Positions 1 through 13,627 of a stretch of 64,000 bases of DNA are shown here, piece by piece. The stretch covers positions 620,001 through 684,000 of the forward strand of contig OZ024754.1 in NCBI GenBank assembly GCA_964016885.1, written 5' to 3'. The DNA comes from Eledone cirrhosa. Lineage: Eukaryota. Both the position numbers and the translations under genes were made by a program. The notes under the pieces were generated by a model. It had not been told where the DNA came from and searched no databases. It saw nothing but the letters and a program-made list of their open reading frames with translations. Positions within the stretch are counted from its first letter, which is position 1; each line of letters starts with the position of its first letter.

Positions 1-74
1 TTTAATTTTAGATGTTTTATTTTTCTTTTCTTCATTTTTTTTGTGCTCCTCCCTCAGATCCTGTTATTTGGAAT

Positions 75-242
75 CTACAGATTACAATTTTAACATCAAT
101 AAGTTTCAGTGGTCACTACAGATTAGTTTTAACATGAATTAATTGAATGTTTTAGTGGTCACTACAGATTACAATTTCAACATCAATAAGTTTCAGTGGT
201 CACTATAGATTAGTTTTAACATCAAGAAGTTTTAGTAGTCAC
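75..242. repeat. Short tandem repeat, 4 units of about 40-46 bp in alternating variants
   Basis: tacagatta...aacatcaataagtttcagtggtcac recurs four times. Confidence 0.8.
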
Positions 243-1913
243 TTTATTGTTCTACTGATTATGTCTCATTTTATAACAAATCTAAAAGTATTTCTCTATA
301 CAAACTATGTATTTGAATGTATGTTGTCTATTAGCAGATATACCAAATTATCTGCTACGTTTGTGCTAGATTGAATTTTTTTTTTGTTACTTACTGCCGA
401 TTAAGACCATCATTTTTATCTTGTAAGCCCATCCAAACTTGTATTTTTTTCTGGTATGTTAAACAGCAACATAAATTTGTATGATATAATTCGAAGGATT
501 ATTAGGAGAAAACTCATTTTAGTGTACAGTTGCATAATGTGGATTGATATCGGCTGACAGCTCCTTCAACAAAAGGATTTATTCTCAATTAGCAAACATG
601 TTTCCTCAAGACAACATCCAAACAGGTTTAGTTTCACAATTTGTTGTATGTCTTGAGAAAAGAACGAAGAATTGTTTCATGCAGTTGTTAGTTGCTGTTG
701 ATAGAAGTCATCTTATTAAATGTAAGGTTTCAAGGTGAACTAACTCCTGTTTGTCTTCACTGCTAATTGTATAGTCTTCCATAATGTACCTTTATATTAC
801 TCACATTAGCCATTCCCCTTTATTACTAATATTATGTTGGAATATTTTATTTAAATATGAATCCTTTAAATTGAAGGTAGTATTAATTTCATATCTGGGT
901 ACCTTTGACATTTTAATGTCTTGGAGCCTGACATGCAACCATCTATCCTTTCACTTATAATTTTTGTCAGATCAAAATCCTTTAAAATTTGTAAGTTAGG
1001 CCATAAATGGAAAATATAGGTAAAATACTATATTTAATTTTGGCATTTTTTTTTAAAAAGAAACAAAACTGTATCCCAATATTAAATATACCCAAAGATC
1101 ATCCATTATTAAAAATTTGATATTATTATTATAGTGTCATCACAAATAATAAAATGTCTAATTACTTTCTTGGGTGTTGACGAAGCCATAGTAATTATAG
1201 AAGTAGACTTAATGGTAAAATAAGTGAATAACATTTTCTGTAATTTCTGAATTATAGTAGTGTCAACATTTTTGTTGTAACTTTTGAGTAGAATCTGAAT
1301 CAGTTGCAAATGTAAAAAATATTATTTGATGATTTTTACTAGATTGATACAACTTTGAGTTTTGGCCTCTTTTCCATACAAATGATAGATTTCACCCCAC
1401 CCCTCCAGCATTTATAATCCTTGCCAATAGCAGCCAGTTGAAGAGAATCATTGGAATTACATTGATCATATTGTAAAGGCTTTGATATTGCATTAGTGAA
1501 TATGTTGCTGATTGTGAATTATAGCAATTAGCATTGATCTGAGCCTGTTCTAATGCCAGTGCTTGTTGTATTGCATGGAGTTTAAGAGCCACAGACCATG
1601 GATTCTGATGCTTGTTGCTTATGAGTTGTCAATAAGTAAAAAGGTAAAGCTATATTTTTTTTTATTCAATGTAAAGAGACAGACTCCAGTTCATTAATGC
1701 ATGCACACAGTAAAGGTATTACATGATGTAATATGTTCTGTTAATAAGAAATTAGCTTATTTTGAAAAGTGCAATATGTGACCACTTTGTCTGTGCCCCA
1801 GCATGACTCAGCCTGTCAACTGGAACATGTGATGGACTGAAGTTATATACTCAGATGAATAATAGAAATTAGTCTTGGCTACAAATATTTCTCCATTATT
1901 TTATGTTTGCAGT

Positions 1914-2100
1914 GGATTGGCAGTATCAGTAGAGGGTCAGACGCCATGCTTTGCAGCAAAGAGTTACGGCCCTTTATGGTCTGGGTTTAAATCCCGCCAA
2001 GGTTAATTTTGCCTTTCATCCTTATGGGATCGATAAAATAAAGTACCAGTAATACACTGATATAATTGCTGGCCTTGTGCCTAAAGTAGAAACAATTATT
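1914..2100 (+). mobile_element. tRNA-derived SINE family B (Nin/Deu-like central domain) with target-site duplication
   Basis: Body gcctttcatccttatgggatcgataaaataaagtaccag; flanked by ATTATTTTATGTTTGCAGT at 1895-1913 and 2095-2113. Related copies at ~8070-8155(-), 13195-13385, 20400-20570(-), 37880-38090, 40250-40470, 44140-44320. Confidence 0.8.
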
Positions 2101-2142
2101 TTATGTTTGCAGTTAGCTGGAAGAGTTTGTTTCAATTCATTT

Positions 2143-2478
2143 ATCATCATTTCATTTTACGTCCGCTTTTCCCTGCTTGCAAGGGTGGGACGGGAACTGA
2201 TTCTGGCTTAATTTCTACAGCTGGATGCCCTTCCTAACACTAACCTCATTTACAGTGAGTGCTGGGTGCTTTTTTGCCGTGGCACCTTCACGACCACTTT
2301 GCAGTTGAACGATAGGGACCCCAGTCCCTAGCATCTCATTTCTGCAGCTGAGTAAACTGGAGCAATGTGAAATAAAGTGTCTTGCTCAAGGAAACAACAC
2401 ATCACCTGGTCTGAGAATTGAACTCACAACCTTTCGATTGCAAGGCCAATGCTCTAACCACTAAGCCATGTGCCTCCA
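2143..2478 (-). mobile_element. tRNA-derived SINE family A (CORE-like domain, RTE-derived 3' tail)
   Basis: Minus strand: A box TGGCTTAGTGG, B box GTTCAATTC, CCTTGAGCAAGACACTT CORE-like motif, tail CCCGTCCCACCCTTGCAAGCAGGGAAAAGCGGACGTAAAATGA. Confidence 0.88.
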
Positions 2479-2648
2479 TATATTATCATATAATTGTTTC
2501 ACTTTTTTATAGATACATTGCCTGCTGGTGATGTGGAGCTCCTGTGATAATGCTTCATCTTATTCTATATTGCTTATCTTAAAGAATATTTTTCTGTTAT
2601 TTTCTATTTTACTGCTGAGTGGGCACATGTTCACTATGGGTGACATGT

Positions 2649-2818
2649 TTAATCCTTTAGCATTCACATTAAAGGCTTTATCTCGCATAATATCGGATCT
2701 ACGAGATTTTGATATTTATTTTGAGAATAATACATTAATGTTAATACAGTTACGACCGGTTTGAACAGAAAGAGAGAATTTTGGCCGGATACGGCCGGAT
2801 TAAATGCTAAAGGGTTAA
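2649..2818. mobile_element. TTAA-flanked MITE family 1 (piggyBac-type ends), internally deleted copy
   Basis: ttaa-tcctttagcatt ... aatgctaaaggg-ttaa. Confidence 0.8.
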
Positions 2819-4219
2819 AACATTAAACTCGTATACACATAAATTTATATCATTAGATTTATATCCATATTTTCCAAAATGGACATGAGTTGGATAAATG
2901 TGCATAATAGATTCTAATATATTATTAGCAGTTTTTTTTACACAACTCTTAAGGTTTGATAGAATTATCTTATTTTAAAAATCACATTCCAACATATTTC
3001 ACCAATGTTTCTTACACAGTAGCCACAATCTTACTTTAACTGTGCCTAGTCTGGTTTGTAGATCTATATTTACACATTTCATCAATTCTGTTTTTATTCT
3101 TTACCATACACTGTCATCCTTCAGACATACTTCTTGGAATAATTGCTTTATAGAAGAGAATTGTTTGCTATAAAACATTGCAACAGTTCCAGAATATTCC
3201 AATAACTGGATTCTTGGCAAAACTTTTTAAATGAATGAAGTCTACAATGTTAGTTGTATTTTTCCATTTAATGCTTTTGAAATGTTGGTTCTAGTCTGTT
3301 GCCTAATTTAATGTCCACCTGTTGCAAACATTCAAACTAGGTCTTTAGTCAGAGGATAATTTGATACTTTATTCTACTGCAGTAACCTCTAGTTTTGTCC
3401 CACCCCACCCTTGAAGCCCTGCAAAAGTCAAGAACACTGCTCTTTGAATAAGCTGTATTAACATTTTTGTTACCACATTTCTATGACTTTCAAATAATTT
3501 GGAACATAATCATTAATTTGGATGGGTTTAGTAATATAACTGACTTTCTCAACCTGATATAAACATATCAAGGGATTTTGGATAAAATTTTGATGGAAGG
3601 TTTTATTTAAATATAAATACTTTAAAACAATTTTCTCTCATAAAACCATGTATGGTTTCAGACAGATTGCTATCAAAGGGGTTAAAAGGTTTCCTAATAT
3701 TTCACTTTATTTGTTATGATTTTTTTTCTTTTTTCACTATATTTTCTAAATAAAATATCTGGACTTAGTGATGATACAAAGTGTTCAATATGTACTCTTG
3801 TAATTTATTAATATATTAATTATTTGTAATTTGCTTATTGAAGAATGATAATAATAGTTTTGTTCTCAATTCCTTATTTTCTATCCTTGAAATTTAAAAC
3901 CATCTAAGCTGATTTACAACTTTGCGTTGTAAATTACTGTAGATGGCCTATGAGACTAATTTGTCAACTATTTTTGCTTGTAGCAATTATTCTGGTATTC
4001 AAAACTTCTCAGTATTGATTATATATGTCACTTCTTTGTATTAAAAAAAAAAAAAAAGCATTTAGCTGTTATCAGATGTTATATAAATGTTTCTATGTTA
4101 GCATAGGTGAGGTGGTTTTGAAATATTGTGACCTTTGTTATGATGTTCAAGTTTCTTACCACTAAGCTATTGCTCTATCACAACGACTGGAACATATTTT
4201 TCATGCAGTCACTATTATA

Positions 4220-5555
4220 CGAGGGTAATCCCAAAAGTAAGGTCTCCAAAGCGATGGAGACGCAGATAAACTGTTTGTACGGCTGTTGGCAATACTGTTG
4301 TGATTGGTGCTTCCTTCACTCCCAAACAAACATGCGCGCACTTCACTGGGATGCTCAATCTTGGCTTGGCAGCCGTTGAGAATGGAGCTCCAGTTGAATG
4401 CTACCACCAAGTGTGAAGTTCGCGCAGTTATTCGGTTTTTGAACGCAAAAGGCGTTGAACCAATTGAAATTCATCGCCAATTAACGGAAGTGTATGGACA
4501 GTCGTGCATGGATGTCAAAAACGTTCGCAAGTGGTGTAGAGAGTTTACAGCGAGTTGTACTGAAATTCACGACGAACAAAGGAGCGGGAGACCGTCAATT
4601 TCCGACAAGACAGTTGCAAAGGTTGAGGAAAACATGCGTAAAGATCAGCAGATTACTCTGGATGCTCTCTGCATTTTGGTTCCTGAGGTTTCCCGAAGCA
4701 CCATCCACAGGATTTTAACGGAAAAGTTGCAATATTGGAAGGTGTGCGCAAGATGGGTGCCACGAATGCTGACAGAAGACCACAAACGGCAATGAGTTGA
4801 TTCTTCCTGCAAATTTTTTTGCCGCTATGAAGACGGAAAGGACTTCTTCTCGGACTCGATTGTCACGGGTGACGAAACCTGGGCGTTCCACTTTACACCT
4901 GAGACCAAACAACAATCATGCGAGTGCGACATCCTTCTTCGCCCAAGCTGCGAAAATTCAAACAAACACAGTCTGCTGGTAAAGTCATGGCGACTGTGTT
5001 TTGGGACCGGAAGGGAGTTTTGTTGGTCGACTTTATGCCTGCTGGGACCACAATAAACGCTGACAGGTACTGTGAAACACTGAAAAAACTCAGAAGGCCA
5101 ATTCAGAACCAGAGAAGTGGAATGTTGAGCAAGGGCGTAAGCATTCTCCACGACAACACTCGCCCACTTGTCGCCCGTCAAACCGTCACTCTTCTGCAAA
5201 ACTTTGGTTGGAACATCATCACCCACCCACCCACCCACCCTATAGTCCGGACTTGGCACCCAGTGACTACCACCTGTTCCCTAAGTTGAAAGAACATTTG
5301 GCCGGAAGGCGATTCTGCTCCGACGAAGAGGTGAAAGATGAGGTTCAACGCTCCTTGGAGGACATGGCGGCGAGCTGGTATGACATGGGCATACAAAAAC
5401 TGCCACAGCGTCTACAAAAATGCATCGACCGAAATGGCGATTATGTAGAAAAATAAATAATTGTTCAACCTTTAAAATGATGTAAATATTATAGAAAATA
5501 AACGGTTGTTTGTATTTCTAAAAAAAAGGAGGCCTTACTTTTGGGATTGCCCTCG
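4220..5555 (+). mobile_element. Full-length mariner (Tc1/mariner) DNA transposon, inactive
   Basis: 28-bp TIRs CGAGGGTAATCCCAAAAGTAAGGTCTCC (4220-4247) and 5528-5555 with 2 mismatches; TA at both sides; transposase motifs WVPRML, TGDETW, HDN, YSPDLAPSDY. Confidence 0.95.
4382..5456 (+). pseudogene. Disrupted mariner transposase
   Basis: ATG 4382 (MELQLNATTKCEVRAVIRFL), premature TGA 4793-4795, frameshifts including a (CCCA)n expansion near 5222-5240, ends NGDYVEK-TAA. Confidence 0.9.
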
Positions 5556-8500
5556 TATCTCCCCCCCCCCCCCAGGTACACAACACAGTAGTTTGACTAT
5601 TGCCTATGTGGGCTGTAGTCAAGTATCTTTTCCCCATAGCCAAGTACCCAAAGTATATTCAATTTAATGTTTTTTTTTGTGATGTAAACTCAGCCCAAAA
5701 CTTCTCATTTAATTGGAAAAGATTAATAACTAGTTTTTTTAACATCTGTTTTCCTAGCTAGCAAGAGTTGGATGGGTCTTCACAAACTAAGTCAGTACTC
5801 AAGTTACTGACCTCTCCGAATGTGCTATGGGTCTGAATTTTTCTTGAATATGTTTCAGCGCTTTACAGTGTGCATTTTATCATGTCACCTGCACTAGGGC
5901 AATTGTCGTGTCTTTGACCCCCCCCCTTTTTTTTTTTGCTAAATCCTTTCCTATCACCACCCACATTACATAGTGTATTATGAGTTCTTCCAAGCTTTTG
6001 TTTGCCAAATTTTCTACAGCTGGATGCCCTTCCTATCACCAACCACTTTACAGTGTGTACTGGGTGCATTTATTATGTAGATTACCAACACTAGAGAGGT
6101 TGTTGTGCCATGGACTCTTTTTGGCATGGTTTCTACAGCAGAATACCCTTCCTATCTTAAATGGTGTACTGGGTGCATTTTTCATAGCATCAGCATTAGG
6201 GAGGCTGTCAGTCATTGTGTACAAAATCATGTTAAATAAAAAATTTGACAAGACTAGCTACCAATTAAATTTTGTGATAGTGATAAGATAACCGACGGGT
6301 CAACCTTTTTTAGCTTGGCATGTTGAAATTTTAATTTCTTTAATAATCCTGTTATTGAAGTGCCAAATATATTTTAGTACATGCTTATAGAGAAGGTGCA
6401 CGTTTTTCAAAGATATTTATAAAACTAGAAGTTTTAATAAGATATAACTTGACATTTCAAAACACTTATAAAACTAGAGTAATGAAAGGAACTTAAAAGA
6501 AGGTACATCATTTTAATAACTTCTATGAAGTTCATTGCGTCTTACCTATAAACCTGTCATGTGAGGAACGTTATAGTCTTGCCATCTTGAAGAAAGAACA
6601 ACAACAAAAGAACGAAAGGGTTATAAAGCATAGCCAACTGAATCATGCAAACACAGAACAGGTTAGTGAAGTGTGTCAGGATGTAAATAGGACTGGTATA
6701 ATCCATGATATATTTCATATATTGTACACACACTTATATATGACTTAATTTTCGCTGACAGACAATGCTTTAACAGCAGCAACTGTGCATATAATGTTAA
6801 CTACTGAAATTAAGATAATCAATAATCAGGTGGCTTTTAAAATTCGGCAAATTTCTCTACTTTCATGACATTAAGTATATAAGCTTTCATGTCCTTTGTA
6901 AAACATCATATAGACATGATCCAGATGGACAGAATGGTGAATGTGTTACCCTGGAAGATGGTGAGTGGTGAAATTGATAATGATAATGAAATATGTTAAA
7001 TTTCTTTCAAGATTATCCATGTATCTTTTGTATGCCACTATTTCACCTTGTCAAACACTTGCAATATGTTTTTCAGTGTTCACACATAGTAAGTACTTAT
7101 AAATATTTAATGTTTGGGTAGAAAGTGTGCTGTTTGACTCATAGCTATTGTTTTAACTTTGTTACTATGGAACCAGTTATCAGTATTCCAATCAAATTTC
7201 CCAATAGCTTAGCAGGAACTGTGAACGATATATTCTTTCATATTGTTTATTTATTTACTAGTGTTATTCGTTTTATGATGATGGTTAACTTTGGGAGTAT
7301 GCTTTTGCCACTGTGGTTATGTTACAGAGATAAAGTGTTCAGTTTTATAGTTAATTACTTGTGACAAACTATTTTCAAGGAATTAATTAAATAGAATACA
7401 TGTGTTCTTTATCATTTAATAAATAATAAATATCCAATTATTTATGCATGAACAATTTATGTACATTCCTACTCAGTAATACATCAATGAAATGCATATG
7501 GTACTAATATCTGACATTGAATGATTAGCTCCTTTAGTAGTTTGTGTGTGTTCACACATATACATACACACATTTTACATAATTTTACATCTGCTTATGA
7601 AAAATGATTATTATATATATTCACACATACACAAAATATTGTGAAAACAGTTACTTTTACATAATTGTTTTATTGTATAATATATATTTCCATGACATGT
7701 TTATACAATAGTTATATCATTGACAGTCTCCATGTGACATCATCAGATGCTCATACAATTATGAGGTGTAGTTCTGCTCATATGCAGATATACTACTGGT
7801 GTGATGCGAGCGAACATATGAGATACTGTATCTCGTTTCTTACTAATGTTTAGTGGCAGATGTATCAGTCTTTTGATTGGTAGAAGTTATAGGCTCAAAG
7901 AAAAGTTCTTTAATGTTAGTGTTGACAAATTTATAACTTCTAGTTCAGTGTATTGTTAAGTCTCTTGCTTACATGTTGATTCAGCTGCCAGTTGTGTCTG
8001 GGTATCTTCTGTTTATTGTCGTCCTTTATATCACAACAACAGTGCTCCCATCCCAAACAGCAACAATAATTGTTTCTACGTTAGGCACAAGGCCAGCAAT
8101 TACCCAGTGCATTACTGGTACTTTATTTTATTGACCCCGTAAGGATGAAAGGCAAATAGTTGATTGCTTTGATGACAACAACAATAACAATCATGCTAAT
8201 TATAATAGTACTGTATAGATAGACTGTAAATAGAAAATATAAAAAAAATAAGAGATAAAAAGACAAAACATGAGATAGCTTTAAAAAGTAAAAAAAAAAA
8301 AAGTAAACAATATAAAGAATTAAAATTAAGAATGAAAATGATAATGAAAATAAAAATAAAGAATATAAGATAAGTAAATAAGTGAAGTGAACTGAAACGG
8401 AAGTGAAATACTGGAGTGGCAGACTGAAATAACCTAAATCATCTCAAGTCATATTTATATTTGTGTTAGTATTACATTTACTAATGTTTTGTGTAAAGTT

Positions 8501-8769
8501 TTCAGGAACCATATATAGAGGGGGGATGGGAAGAGGGGAAATGAAGGTAGAGTGAGAGGAAGAGATGAAGATGAAAAAAAACAACAAATACAATTAATGA
8601 AGTTGTCCAAACCCATGCAAGCATGGAAGATGGACGTTAAACGATGATGATGATGATGGAGGAGGGGTCCCAAATATAACTAAATGTTAATTCAGTATAT
8701 TATTCAGTAAGAATATATTTTTTATTTCAAAGAACACATTCTGTATACTGATGTTTTAATTGTAGACAT

Positions 8770-9440
8770 GTTGGCATTCACCTGGGATGAGTTGAGATGG
8801 TTCAGTTTAGTTGGTTCACGTCATGAACTGAAGTCAGTCATGCTTAGATATCACAGGTGTCTGACACAGAAATTGTTAAACATAGGAGATAGTATCTCAA
8901 GATCCAACTTGATTGTACTACATTTTAGCTGTCCGCCTTGTGGCTTTACTGCAAGAGGGACTCTGCAGTGACTGAATCATAGATGAATTCATCCAGTGGA
9001 TGATAGTAGATGAGTATATGACCAAACTAACAGATACACTCTTTTGGATATGAGTTGTTGAAAGGAACTCATCTGACGACAACAAACTTTAGTGTTTGAC
9101 ATAAAATCGAAAGTGCTAGCATGGAAAATTTGGTGAAGACAGGAGTCATTGAATACTTAGCTTGCATAAGTTCATGGCTCATTGACCATGTCTTGCAGCC
9201 ACAATAACAGGAACAAGTGCTCGGTAGATGCAAATATTTGTAGATACATGTGTTTCCGACTTAGATCAATGTTAATTCTGAACACAAAAGAATGCACAAT
9301 GCTGAAAGTTGATGTCGATATTTATCTCATCGTTACTCTGGTTTGTGGAAGTAAAGGTAGCATTAAGGTACTTGATTTGATCAATCTCTTCCAGAAACTT
9401 GTCATTGGGTATGACTAGAGCCCTTTCATAAGCCGAGATG
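8770..9440 (-). mobile_element. Heavily degraded RTE-like LINE fragment
   Basis: Minus strand remnants LEEIDQIKYL..., ICIYRALV...LLCGCKTW resemble the RTE ORF C-terminal motifs FKYLG and LLYGCETW. Confidence 0.55.
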
Positions 9441-10734
9441 CCTGTATATATAATTTTATTTTGGCTGCATCATTTCACTATGAAATAAAAAAGGTGTCGA
9501 TAGCAAATAATTTTCATTGTGAATTGTTTGATTTGTGAAAAATTGCCAGTGATATTGTTATCTTATCTTATAATATATTACAATTATATGTTGTCCACTC
9601 AGACTTCTTTTGTGTGTAATATATAGCACATATCACTGCCAACATTATAAAGATAGTAGGTTAGTACAAGTGTTTAATTTTCGTAGCTTGTATATTTGGA
9701 CATACGCACACATTTTATGCTTCTGAAAAATAAGCAGTTTCAAGGTTATTATTTTTCATAGAAACTATTGATGAACCAGAATAGTTTTAGCTGAGTATTT
9801 AGTTGATATTATATTTGGTAAACATCTTTATTCATCTGTTTATGGTTTAACAAAACGTATCTCAAGGATATTTGATAATAGATTAACTAGTAGTCGACAA
9901 GGAAAAATAATGAATTATTACCTAGCTTTAAAGTATAAACTAGCATCCCATTGTGTAATAAATAAAATGCAAGCAAGAGGGATATTGGGTTAGATATTTC
10001 TTGGCTCAAAACAGGTCTACAATGGAATGTATAATGTTCATTGTAGTGAAGTATTTAGATGTCTTTTAAGAATGTATAAAACTAATTTTTGGAAGGAATG
10101 GGGTTATAGAGAATTGGATTGTCTCCAGTGCATTACTGGTACTTATCAATCTCAGATAATGAATGGCAGACTTAATCTTTGTAGGATCTGAACTCAAGGC
10201 ACAAAGTGACAAAACTAAAGTTCAGCTCCGTACTACTACTCCCTCACCCCCAAGAAAAATATATATAATTATTTGGTTAGAGTAAATGATCAAAATACAT
10301 GTTTTGACTGCATATAATCTCAAGTGATTGTAGTATCTATATATGTACACTTGTAAATGCAGCTGGCTGCTGATAAACCATAAGGCTTGCTGTTGAGCAT
10401 TTTGGTTAAGGCATTGAATTATGTAGTGAAAAGCTCCAACTGTTGTATTAATGAACTGTAAGGATGGTTACATCACAAAGTATGGCCTTGGTGTACTGCT
10501 TCAGGGTCAGAAAATATCCACCTCCTAACTACAAACTCTCTAAAAAGCTCAGGTGAGGCACTGTGGAGTATTGTAACGACATCTGGGATGGTAAAACCAC
10601 TACATATAGCCATCCTTAACTGTATCCTGAGAAGACGTGTTGGCAGGAAATCATTCTCAGATACAGTCCAGCCACTAGTGTGCGGCTGCTAGCTACATCA
10701 TCCTGCAGATTTGGTCGAAATAGACTCAATGATA

Positions 10735-11100
10735 GATGTCTACGTGGGCCTGTCACTCATGGCAATAGCTAGGTCCTGAATGTTAACACCAACATTCTTG
10801 GCTATTCATCTGGATATGAGAGCTTGCTGCAACCATTTCATCTTGAGATAGGTGCAGGTTTCCAAAGCACTAAAGAAGACACAGCTTCATTTGAGGCTCG
10901 ATGACAATGGCCAGCAAACCTCACCCTCCTACATACATCAGTTATATGATGTAGACCATTATATATCTCTCTGAAAGTCCTGTGTTCCCTCCGACTGATG
11001 GTATAACTTATTGCAGCTGACCCTGCTTGTGCTTTTCTGGTGCTAAAGTCCTTCACAGAATCCATGATCCAGGACCCAAGGTACTTAGTCTTTGACCTTT
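10735..11100 (-). mobile_element. Degraded RTE-superfamily LINE 3' fragment
   Basis: YLGSWIMDS..., RRVRFAGHCHRASNEAVSSLVLWKP; similar to the family at 44494-45142. Confidence 0.65.
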
Positions 11101-11611
11101 TTGATAGTGATCTTGAAGATGGCTGGTTTCATTCTACCCCCCCCCCCCCCCCCCCCCCATCCAGGCACTCCCAATTCACTCATTCATATTGTGTCCACTT
11201 TGAGGCCTGGTACTAATCACAATGAGGAGAATGTTGGTCTTCTTCAATTCCCTCCCTGTCTCAGTTTTTCCTGTAGCTGTTAACTTACAAATATTTAAGA
11301 GGAACATTATCCCTTTTAATACCAAATTACTTGAAACTGCCTTTGATCTTATACAAAACTTTTTTTATAAAACCCTTTACCATTTACATAAGTCTATATT
11401 TACTATTGCATTTTCACGGTAAACAATGCCTTAACATCAATATGAGCAGCCATTTACAGTTAATTTGAACAGAAAGAGGGGAGAGAATTCTGGCCGGATA
11501 TAGCCAGTTTAAATGCTAAAAGGTTAAGGGGTTTATTTTAATCTCAATAGAAATATGGAAATGAAAATGGTGCGTTGATACTACTGGTCTGAGAGGACCT
11601 AACATATAAAC

Positions 11612-11898
11612 CAGGCACGGGCAACCCTTTTCAGAAGCGGGCTGCATGAGATATGGTTCATCATCAGGCGGGCCGCAAGCGCTAATTTACATTTGTGCCC
11701 ACATTAAAAAAAAGGGCGGTAACTCGGGTTGTTTTGATTTGTTTCTTCAGAATTTGTACACGCTGTTTTCCTCGATCGGAAAAGTGAGAGAAAGATAAAT
11801 TATGACTGAAAAGTTGGGGTAAAAAAAATCAGATTTCACTTAGGTGACTTAGGCAAGCCATTCAGAAAGCTTCGCGGGCCGCAGGTTGCCCATGACTG
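11612..11898. mobile_element. hAT (Charlie-like) MITE
   Basis: TIRs CAGGCACGGGCAACC / GGTTGCCCATGACTG; 8-bp TSD ATATAAAC (11604-11611) vs ATCTAAAC (11899-11906). Confidence 0.85.
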
Positions 11899-11906
11899 AT
11901 CTAAAC

Positions 11907-12196
11907 CATCTGGCTTTGACCTTCCCAGAAAGCAATGGATGTCTCTTATTCCAATCTGCACAACACATGCCAGGACAGCCCTTCATTTCCATCAATGGAA
12001 AATGAAAGACAGCCCAACATATGACTGTGGAGACCTTGACCGTACAGTAATGCATGTTGTTCAGGATTGTCCCTTCAGACGTTTTCCTGGCAGCCTGAAG
12101 GCTACCCATAATGCTGCAAATGACACCATGGTCTGGTTTTCCGGTCACGACCTGCCTCTCTAGCCATTGGGCATATGTCATATGACAAGAAGAATG
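11907..12196 (+). mobile_element. 3' end of a LINE with CCHC-type C-terminus (I/Ingi-like, clade uncertain)
   Basis: HQWKMKDSPTYDCG...TVMHVVQDCPFRRF then stop and a short (GAA)n tail. Confidence 0.6.
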
Positions 12197-13194
12197 ATAG
12201 GATCTGTAAATGCCATATGCATAGCCTTTTACTCCAGACCAAATAGTAAAAAACAAGACACAAACAAACAAAAATACCTAATATAACAGAGATTGGAAAG
12301 TAGTTAGACTACAAGAATTCAACATACAAGTAAGCTGTTTATTTTTAATATTAAATATAAAACCAGCCTGTTGATATTCTAATCATCAGGCAGGATAGTA
12401 AGATTAGAATAATTTAATTCCTAATGGAATGTGATAACTAGATAGTATAAAACTTGGCATCTTTCAAATAACCATTTTTTTTATTTTTATTTATTTTTTT
12501 TTTTTTTTGTAATGATGAATATTAATAGTGATGGATGTAAACAAATATAGAAGCTGATAAAATGTTGTCTTCAATGCAGGCATAGCTGTTTGGTTTAATA
12601 AGCTGGAGAATTTTGAAAAATATTATTTTTTATTAATACTTAACTTATTGTTTTTATGTAACTTAACTTATTGTTTTTATGTAAAATTACTTTGGAAAAT
12701 ATGAATGGGTTAGTTTCAAAAGGATCAGTTTTTTACACAGTTCCCTAGAGAAGCTATGGAAGTTTGCATTAGCATTTGTTCCAGTCTCTAAATAACACTG
12801 AAAATATTTCTGAAATCACCAATAAATTGGGCTAATTTAACTATTATAACACTGCTGGGCCGATATGTGGGACTTGATAATATTAAAAAACACTACAAGG
12901 GGGATTTTCAGCCTTAATAGGTCAGTTCTTTCTGCATGCTGACTTGAATGACGTCAGAAGTAACCTTGATGTGGCCGGCCTCCCATCACAACTGGTGCCT
13001 GCTGACCTCGACTGTGGAGATGGCAAGTGCCCATATGAGATAGTCTTCTTCGTTCAATTTCTGTGGATATTGTCAATTACGATTTTATTTGACACATCAT
13101 ATCTACATGCATATATATTTGCGTATAATATCAATATGCACACTACACATGCTGGCAGAAAACCACCCGAAGGATGGTTTTTCTGCTAGTTAAA

Positions 13195-13460
13195 ATGGAT
13201 TGGCAGTATCAGTAGAGGGTCGGACGCCATGCTTTGACGCATAGAGTTACGGCCCTTGCCATTCTGAGTTCAAATCCCGCCGAGGTTAACTTTGCCTTTC
13301 ATCCTTACGGGGTCGATAAAATAAAGTACCAGTAATACACTATGTAATTGCTGGCCTTGTGCCTAACGTAGAAACAATTATTTTAATAATATATCAGTAA
13401 TGCACTGTGTAATTGCTGGCCTTGTGCCTAAAGTAGAAACAATTATTTTAATAATATATA
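13195..13460 (+). mobile_element. SINE family B copy with tandemly duplicated 3' end
   Basis: cagtaat.cact.tgtaattgctggccttgtgcctaa.gtagaaacaattattttaataatatat occurs twice (13330-13394, 13395-13460). Confidence 0.8.
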
Positions 13461-13627
13461 TGTTCTGTTGCTGTTTGTTCATTCCCTCCCCTGGTAAATT
13501 TGATATTTAAAATTGTTTGGTTTGATGTAAGTTTTAGAATTGTGATTATTTGTCAATATAGACTTTTCTATGTTTTTGTTTTCATTGATTCATATTTTGA
13601 ATTAAATTTTTTTCAGTGAATCAGTGA

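Noticed and set aside
1392-1592. Minus-strand ORF MALKLHAIQQ... and other short ORFs in the first 13 kb
   Set aside because: No recognisable homology or consistent splice chain; most short ORFs in the track are antisense shadows of TEs or AT-rich noise.
2395-2478. tRNA genes suggested by A/B boxes (also near 18290, 48340, 50590, 33000)
   Set aside because: They are SINE heads followed by CORE-like bodies and LINE tails; no proper cloverleaf end or Pol III terminator.
4304-5456. SETMAR or other domesticated transposase gene
   Set aside because: No SET domain; it has a stop, frameshifts and intact TIRs/TSD, so it is a dead mariner copy.
11137-11158. Long C homopolymers (also ~5561, 40416, 47487) as G-quadruplex regulators
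   Set aside because: Simple homopolymer runs with no supporting context; run lengths are unreliable in assemblies.
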